64,000 bases of DNA from Promethearchaeia archaeon (GTDB taxonomy: Archaea; Asgardarchaeota; Lokiarchaeia; Sigyniarchaeales; SOKP01): contig JAHQWL010000075.1 in the NCBI GenBank assembly GCA_029856155.1, forward strand, positions 32,001-96,000, read 5' to 3'. This document shows, one piece after another, positions 58,456-64,000 of this stretch (the first letter of the stretch is position 1; the number at the start of each line of letters is the position of its first letter). The notes beneath the pieces were generated by a model. It saw only the letters and a program-made list of their open reading frames with translations, searched no databases and was not told where the DNA came from. A program made the translations under genes and the position numbers.

Positions 58456-59397
58456 ATGATAAATAAACAAAGATTTGAGGAGTTATTTAACGAACATGTT
58501 ATTAAAGACATTTCTGAAGAACAAATTGATATAGTTCTTTCAGGGCAATATGGTAAAGCATTAGAATTATTAAGAGATGCAGAGTCAACTGGATTGTTTC
58601 CTGCTTTAGTCGGTCCTCCTGGAGTTGGCAAAACCATTTTATGTCGATATTTTGCTAGTTTAAGGGCGAAAGAGAAGAAAAATAAGAGTTTTTACTGGTT
58701 AACTATGGATGAGAGTATAAAACCTTCTCATTTTGTTGGCTCTTTTGATCCCGCAATTACGTTAAAAAAAGGATTTGTATTGGAGTCTTTTAACCCAGGC
58801 CCATTATTAAACGCTATGCTAGAAGGGGGTACTTTCTTAGCTAATGAAATTAATAGAGCTACAGAATATTCTCAAAACACGCTATTAGAGCCCCTAGAGG
58901 AAGCATCTATTGGTATTCCCCATTTAGGGAGAATAAAAGCAGATAACAATTTTTTCTTTATATGTGCAATGAACCCTGAAGAATTATCAGGAACTCATCG
59001 CTTATCTGAAGCTTTAAAAGATAGAATAAAGGTCTGGATCAAATTGACTTATCCAGATAAATCGACTGAACTAGATATTATAAGAATTAATCTACCGGAA
59101 CATTTTATTATTGAAGAATCTGAATTAGAATTAATATATTCAATTATTAAAGAAACTAGACAAAATAAAATAGATATTGAAATTCCCGCTTCTATAAGAG
59201 CTGGAATTGCTATTGCTAAATTATTAGCAAGAAAAAGACTATTAGAGAAAGAAAACAAAGTGAAAGAAAAAGAATCAGCGTACCTTTATCTCTCAGAAAT
59301 TGCCCGTCATGTTTTATTGGGCAGTTTAAAACCTAAACCTGGAGTAAAAGTTGAAAATATTATAGAAAATATTATTCATAAGACGTTAGGAGGGTAA
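58456..59397 (+). CDS. MoxR-family AAA+ ATPase
   Basis: GPPGVGKT, PGPL, NEINRA...QN.LLE.LEE, MNP, LSEALKDR, SIR. Confidence 0.92.
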   Translation: MINKQRFEELFNEHVIKDISEEQIDIVLSGQYGKALELLRDAESTGLFPALVGPPGVGKTILCRYFASLRAKEKKNKSFYWLTMDESIKPSHFVGSFDPAITLKKGFVLESFNPGPLLNAMLEGGTFLANEINRATEYSQNTLLEPLEEASIGIPHLGRIKADNNFFFICAMNPEELSGTHRLSEALKDRIKVWIKLTYPDKSTELDIIRINLPEHFIIEESELELIYSIIKETRQNKIDIEIPASIRAGIAIAKLLARKRLLEKENKVKEKESAYLYLSEIARHVLLGSLKPKPGVKVENIIENIIHKTLGG

Positions 59398-59402
59398 ATT
59401 TA

Positions 59403-61892
59403 TTGGGAGTTTTTCCTGAAAACCCTTGTGAATTTGCTGTGGAGTTTATTAGAAGGATGAGAAATCATCCAGATATAATCCAAATGCCATCTCCAAGGCA
59501 GGTTTTATCAATACCAAATTTAATCATATCAAGATATTATCGTAAAGGATCTATTACTCCAAATGATTTTATTGAAATTGGTACTGTCACCTCATTTCCA
59601 GATAACCAAAATTTAGCGAAAGATATAGCATTTGAGATTTTATTTCCAAATTACAAGAAAGACTTAATAAAATCATTCTTTGTTGAGAATGAGATTAATG
59701 ATTTTGAGAATGAATTGAAAAACTCTGGGATCAAATCGGAATTAGACCAATTACAAGATATCATAGATGAGATTGAATTTTCAAAATCCTTTGACACAGA
59801 TATGATTCAACAATTAGAAGAGTTTATGGAACAATTAAATCAAAAAAGGCATGAAGAACCATATACATCAGCCCTTAATTTCTTTAACGATGATTCTGAG
59901 TTATATAAGGAAGAAATAACTTCATTTGAGAAATTACTTGAAGAGGCAAAGAACCGAATGCTTCAAAAAATAAATTCTTTAGATCCTAAGGATCTTAAAG
60001 CTGGCACTAACCTAGGATTAAATGAATTAGTACAACAACAATCTTTAAGAGAATGGGAAAAAATTACAAGTAAAGCTTTAAATAATCGAAATATTGAGAA
60101 CGATTTAAATAAATTGATAAAATCAGGAAGTTTAGAAGATTTCCTTCAATCTATGAAATTTTTAAATGATACTAATGCCATTTCTAAAGAACAATTAGAA
60201 AATCTAAAAAAAGAACTTCAAAATAAGATTGGTAATTTAGATCAATTATTTCAATCGGCAAAACACTTAGGAGAAACACCCAATTTTGACATTAATAAAA
60301 TAATGAACAATAGTCTAAACCAATCTTCATTTGAACATAATTTCAATTTAGCAAATTCACTTGATCAATTTTTTGGCACTAATCTAAGACCTTCATTATT
60401 AGATACCTTTGATCAACAGAATAAAAGTTCCCAAATGAATCTTTCACTTGAAACTTTAACAAAAACTGCATTTACAAACAAATCGTGGAATTCACTATTT
60501 AATCAAGCTTTAAAAAATGCAATAACAGAAGCGGACGCTCAAAATAAGAAATATGAAGCTTTTAAATCACTTACACATGAATTGCAGCAGCTTATGAATA
60601 GTTGTCAAAATATGCACTGTAGTCAAAAAATGGCTCAAAACATTCCAGATCTTATGTCCTTAACTTTGGAATCTTGTGAGACTCCTTCCCAGCTTAGAGA
60701 TGCAACCGAATTTTTAAGAAAAATCGGATTAATCCCAAAATCAGAAGTCATTGAAAAAATTGGAAAGAAACTTCAAATGCCTGAAGATGAAATTTTTGAA
60801 TTAATTGAACCCACTTATCAATTACTAAAAAAATTAGTGGAAAGTAAAAAAGCAGATTTTCAAAGATTGAGTAATTTATTAAATCAAATTAAGGATCAAT
60901 TAAATTATGAGAGGATAAAAGAATTAACTGCCAGTGCTTTAGCTTCTGATAACAGAGATGCTTTAGGAGCACTTGGAAATTTTAATTTAAGTGAAGCGTT
61001 AAAAAGTGCTCAGCAAATAGGAGGTCAAGAAGGTGAGAATAAGATGATTTCTTGTTTATCTGCTGGTAGTGGAGAAAATCTACTTACACAATGGTTTATT
61101 CATCGTAAAAACTTACCAGAACCAACTAAACAAAAAGTTAAAGAATTAGCAAAAAAAATGTTAATTGAATTAGGTATATATTATTCAAGAGCACGTTTAG
61201 GCACTTCCACAACAGGGCCAATCCCAATTAATATAGTAAGACCTTATTCAATAGGAGACGATTTTGAAAATATTGACCTTGAAGAAACACTCTATAATAT
61301 ATTAGAAAAAGGTAAAAAATTAGATCATATTAATTATGACGATTTTTTTGTTTATGAAACTGCTAAAGGGCTCCGAACTGCTTGTTTTGAGCTTGATATT
61401 TCAGGTAGTATGACGGGAGATAAACTTGCTTATATGAGTATCTGTGTAACGATGTTATGTTATGGGATGCGAAAAGACGAGCTTGGAATAGCCTTTTTTG
61501 AATCAAATACTCATGTTCTGAAAGGTTTGGATGAAAAAATAGATTTAGAAAAATTAGCAGATGAGCTACTTTCTGTCACTGCCCGAGGGGGAACAAGAAT
61601 ACAAAGTGCTGTTGAATGGGCAAATAAACAATTTAAGGAACATTCTAATTCACGTGAAAAATTGAATATATTGTTTACTGATGGTGAAATTTTCGATATT
61701 AAAGAAGCTCTGGTAGAATTTAGGAAAATGCGTTCATTAGGTATTGATTTCATATTAGTGTGTCCTGAAGATTCATATAACTTTAAAGAAGCTAAAAAAA
61801 TGGTAAAAGTTGCTGGAGGGCAATTACTTACGATAAAAGATTGGAATGAATTTCCCAAATTAATTTCAGAAATAATTAAGTCAAGATTTTAA
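59403..61892 (+). CDS. VWA-domain protein (CoxE-like C-terminus)
   Basis: GDD...IDLEETL, MIDAS DISGS...GGT...TDG. Confidence 0.88.
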   Translation: MGVFPENPCEFAVEFIRRMRNHPDIIQMPSPRQVLSIPNLIISRYYRKGSITPNDFIEIGTVTSFPDNQNLAKDIAFEILFPNYKKDLIKSFFVENEINDFENELKNSGIKSELDQLQDIIDEIEFSKSFDTDMIQQLEEFMEQLNQKRHEEPYTSALNFFNDDSELYKEEITSFEKLLEEAKNRMLQKINSLDPKDLKAGTNLGLNELVQQQSLREWEKITSKALNNRNIENDLNKLIKSGSLEDFLQSMKFLNDTNAISKEQLENLKKELQNKIGNLDQLFQSAKHLGETPNFDINKIMNNSLNQSSFEHNFNLANSLDQFFGTNLRPSLLDTFDQQNKSSQMNLSLETLTKTAFTNKSWNSLFNQALKNAITEADAQNKKYEAFKSLTHELQQLMNSCQNMHCSQKMAQNIPDLMSLTLESCETPSQLRDATEFLRKIGLIPKSEVIEKIGKKLQMPEDEIFELIEPTYQLLKKLVESKKADFQRLSNLLNQIKDQLNYERIKELTASALASDNRDALGALGNFNLSEALKSAQQIGGQEGENKMISCLSAGSGENLLTQWFIHRKNLPEPTKQKVKELAKKMLIELGIYYSRARLGTSTTGPIPINIVRPYSIGDDFENIDLEETLYNILEKGKKLDHINYDDFFVYETAKGLRTACFELDISGSMTGDKLAYMSICVTMLCYGMRKDELGIAFFESNTHVLKGLDEKIDLEKLADELLSVTARGGTRIQSAVEWANKQFKEHSNSREKLNILFTDGEIFDIKEALVEFRKMRSLGIDFILVCPEDSYNFKEAKKMVKVAGGQLLTIKDWNEFPKLISEIIKSRF

Positions 61893-61897
61893 AAAAA

Positions 61898-64000
61898 ATG
61901 GTAAAAAAATCAATATCAAGTCTTATAATTGAGAAATTTGGTTTAAATTTATATCAAAAATCACTTAAATTTCTTACAAGTAAAGTTAATATTATTGATA
62001 TTAAAGAAGATCCAATACTAATTAGAAGTCTAATTTTAGATTATGAGCGTGAATTTCATCTTATAATTGATAATAGGAATAATGAAATATTTCATGATTG
62101 TCCCGCTTTTCTTATTCATTCAGAAAGAGAAAAAAAAATTTGCATTCACTTAATAAAATTGTTATTAGTTATTAGAGATTCTCTTGCTCAAAAAATCTTA
62201 GAAGATTTCAACAAGTATACTTTGACTTCAGAAGATTTAGGATCAAAAAAGAAAAGTAAGAACTTTAAGTTATTAGCAAATCGTTGTTTTGAAAAAAACA
62301 ATTGCGTAGAAGCATTAAGCTATTTGAATAAAGCAATTATCAATCAATTAGATAGTGAAAAAATTATAGAATCATTCTTGGATACAGCAATTAATAATAA
62401 TTTATTTATTGAATTTTTTGAATTTTTAGAGAATGGGTATGAAAATGAATTAGAAAATTACTTTTTAAAATTTAATGATTATATCGAAAGAGGGTTTAAA
62501 AGATTTTTAAGTACAATACCTAGCTACTCATTTTTCAACATTCTTAAAATTATTGAATCTATCGATAAAATATCAGAATATAAAGATATTTCTTTTATTG
62601 CTTCATCTTTCAATAAGTTAAAGGAGATCGTAAATAGTTCGGATTTAAGCACTAAATATTTTTCAATTTATCTTATAAAAAAGAATTATGAAAAATTAAT
62701 TATGAAAAATCAAGCATTTAAGGATTTAATATCTGAAGCTCAACTAAATGCTATAAGAACCGACCTATTAAAATACTTTTTTTCTGAGATTGATAATTTC
62801 TGCGTAATCGAGAAATTAAAGTTATTGAAAAAACAATTTAAAGTAATAAATATCCCAAAAGAAAAATTCTATAGTGAATATAAGAATTATAAAATAGAAA
62901 TTCAAGAGTTGGAAAGAAAAGTATATCTCAAAAAATTTGCATTTTTAAAGGTATTGATTGAAAAATATAACATAAAAAAAGCAAAAGGAGAATTTAGAAA
63001 AAAAAGAAATACTTATATTGTAAAACACGATGAAAATAATTTAAAAAATCCTGTTTATAATTTTATTATCTCTCGCATTGGTTTTTTTGGATTAAATGAT
63101 CAGATAATAAAATCTTCTGAAATTGGGATCAATTATTTCATAATGAAAGAATTATTTTTAGATGATTTAAGTAGTTTTCAAGATGTGTTCTATTATAGAC
63201 AACAGTTCTGGGGTGAATTGGATAATTATGAAATAAAATCAATTAAAGGGTTAGCATTATCAAGTGAAAGTATAGAATACAGTTATGACGTTGAAAACGA
63301 ATTTTCTGATGATGTAATGGTTATAGAATGGAATTTGGCAAATAAACCTATTCAAGGAAGCATTGTCAATGCATATAGTTCTCAAATCATAATTCCTGAT
63401 TATAATAACCCACTTTTTCATGATTTAAAACCATTTGATTTGTGTTATTGTAAAAAAACTCCTGTAAAAATTGAGAGTAATATAATTAAAACTGTAAATG
63501 TAATTAGAAAATGTTCATTTAAAGAAGCGATTGAGAGTATATCAAAAGGAATGGAATTCATAGAGGGATATTTCAGATTATCATTAGTTAAAGCAGTGTT
63601 AAATAAAGAAATTGATCCATTTTATGCTAATGAGCTAGTAACTAATAACCAAAATAGAGTTTTTATCCCTAAATATAATGCTTTCATAAAAGCTTTTAAT
63701 GAATTTTTATTTAATTTTATTTTTAAAGAAAGAGATTATATCTTTGAAGGATTAAAAACCAGTCTTGAACATAATACTAATCAAATTTTAACTTTATTAA
63801 ATTTGAATAATGAATTAGCGGGGTTAGACCTACCCTACAATGAAATATTAAAAGATTGTATTCATCCAAATATTAAATTAAAAGAGTTTAAATCAAGATT
63901 TTTAAATAAAATCCATTCCATTATAAAAGATATCTTAAAAGAACGCGAACTTGGTAGCACAACCTTGTTTGACTTGAAAAAATTACAGCATACTCCATTC
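61898..64000 (+). CDS. large protein with N-terminal SWIM-like Zn finger (partial, runs off window end)
   Basis: ATG 61898: MVKKSISSLIIEKFG...FHDCPAF...KICIHLIKLLL; I saw no stop in this frame to 64000; absent from ORF track. Confidence 0.8.
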   Translation, partial: MVKKSISSLIIEKFGLNLYQKSLKFLTSKVNIIDIKEDPILIRSLILDYEREFHLIIDNRNNEIFHDCPAFLIHSEREKKICIHLIKLLLVIRDSLAQKILEDFNKYTLTSEDLGSKKKSKNFKLLANRCFEKNNCVEALSYLNKAIINQLDSEKIIESFLDTAINNNLFIEFFEFLENGYENELENYFLKFNDYIERGFKRFLSTIPSYSFFNILKIIESIDKISEYKDISFIASSFNKLKEIVNSSDLSTKYFSIYLIKKNYEKLIMKNQAFKDLISEAQLNAIRTDLLKYFFSEIDNFCVIEKLKLLKKQFKVINIPKEKFYSEYKNYKIEIQELERKVYLKKFAFLKVLIEKYNIKKAKGEFRKKRNTYIVKHDENNLKNPVYNFIISRIGFFGLNDQIIKSSEIGINYFIMKELFLDDLSSFQDVFYYRQQFWGELDNYEIKSIKGLALSSESIEYSYDVENEFSDDVMVIEWNLANKPIQGSIVNAYSSQIIIPDYNNPLFHDLKPFDLCYCKKTPVKIESNIIKTVNVIRKCSFKEAIESISKGMEFIEGYFRLSLVKAVLNKEIDPFYANELVTNNQNRVFIPKYNAFIKAFNEFLFNFIFKERDYIFEGLKTSLEHNTNQILTLLNLNNELAGLDLPYNEILKDCIHPNIKLKEFKSRFLNKIHSIIKDILKERELGSTTLFDLKKLQHTPF

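Noticed and set aside
1-64000. Transposases/IS, integrases, rRNA, selenoprotein read-through
   Set aside because: No DDE or tyrosine-recombinase motifs, no rRNA-like GC-rich block, and no gene that appeared interrupted by an in-frame TGA.

Overview
Very AT-rich archaeal chromosomal DNA, most likely Asgard/Lokiarchaeia. The assignment is inferred from the archaeal core genes (rpl15e, arcTGT, Rpp30/Pop5, archaeal ValRS) together with eukaryotic-signature families (roadblock/LC7, a Rag/Arf-like GTPase with a roadblock tail, an NPRL2/uDENN-like longin protein, an EMC6-like protein). About 45 CDS, 3 tRNAs and one box C/D sRNA are supported. Main points not explained by the ORF track: (1) Two ~1200-aa paralogous multi-Lrp/AsnC-like proteins each have a divergent, unannotated micro-ORF ending in G-[DE]-G-G-G (a 37-aa signal-peptide precursor ending WKGDGGGP, and the 9-aa MPSTGEGGG), a candidate peptide-signal/regulator system. 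(2) A 1483-aa SMC has no recognisable hinge and arms built from ~97-aa and exactly 90-aa repeats; it lies in a cluster with a kleisin carrying a hidden N-terminal HEH/SAP-like domain, an acidic ScpB and a degenerate Cdc6/Orc1. (3) tRNA-Ile(GAU) is interrupted at the acceptor/D-arm junction (7/8) and tRNA-Ala(CGC) has a 32/33 intron. (4) A C/D guide RNA predicts Gm2251 of the 23S P-loop. (5) Three conserved genes appear to start at ATA/ATT codons. (6) An att-flanked, integrase-less mini-island sits at tRNA-Ala. All family calls come from motif recognition by eye; no searches were run.
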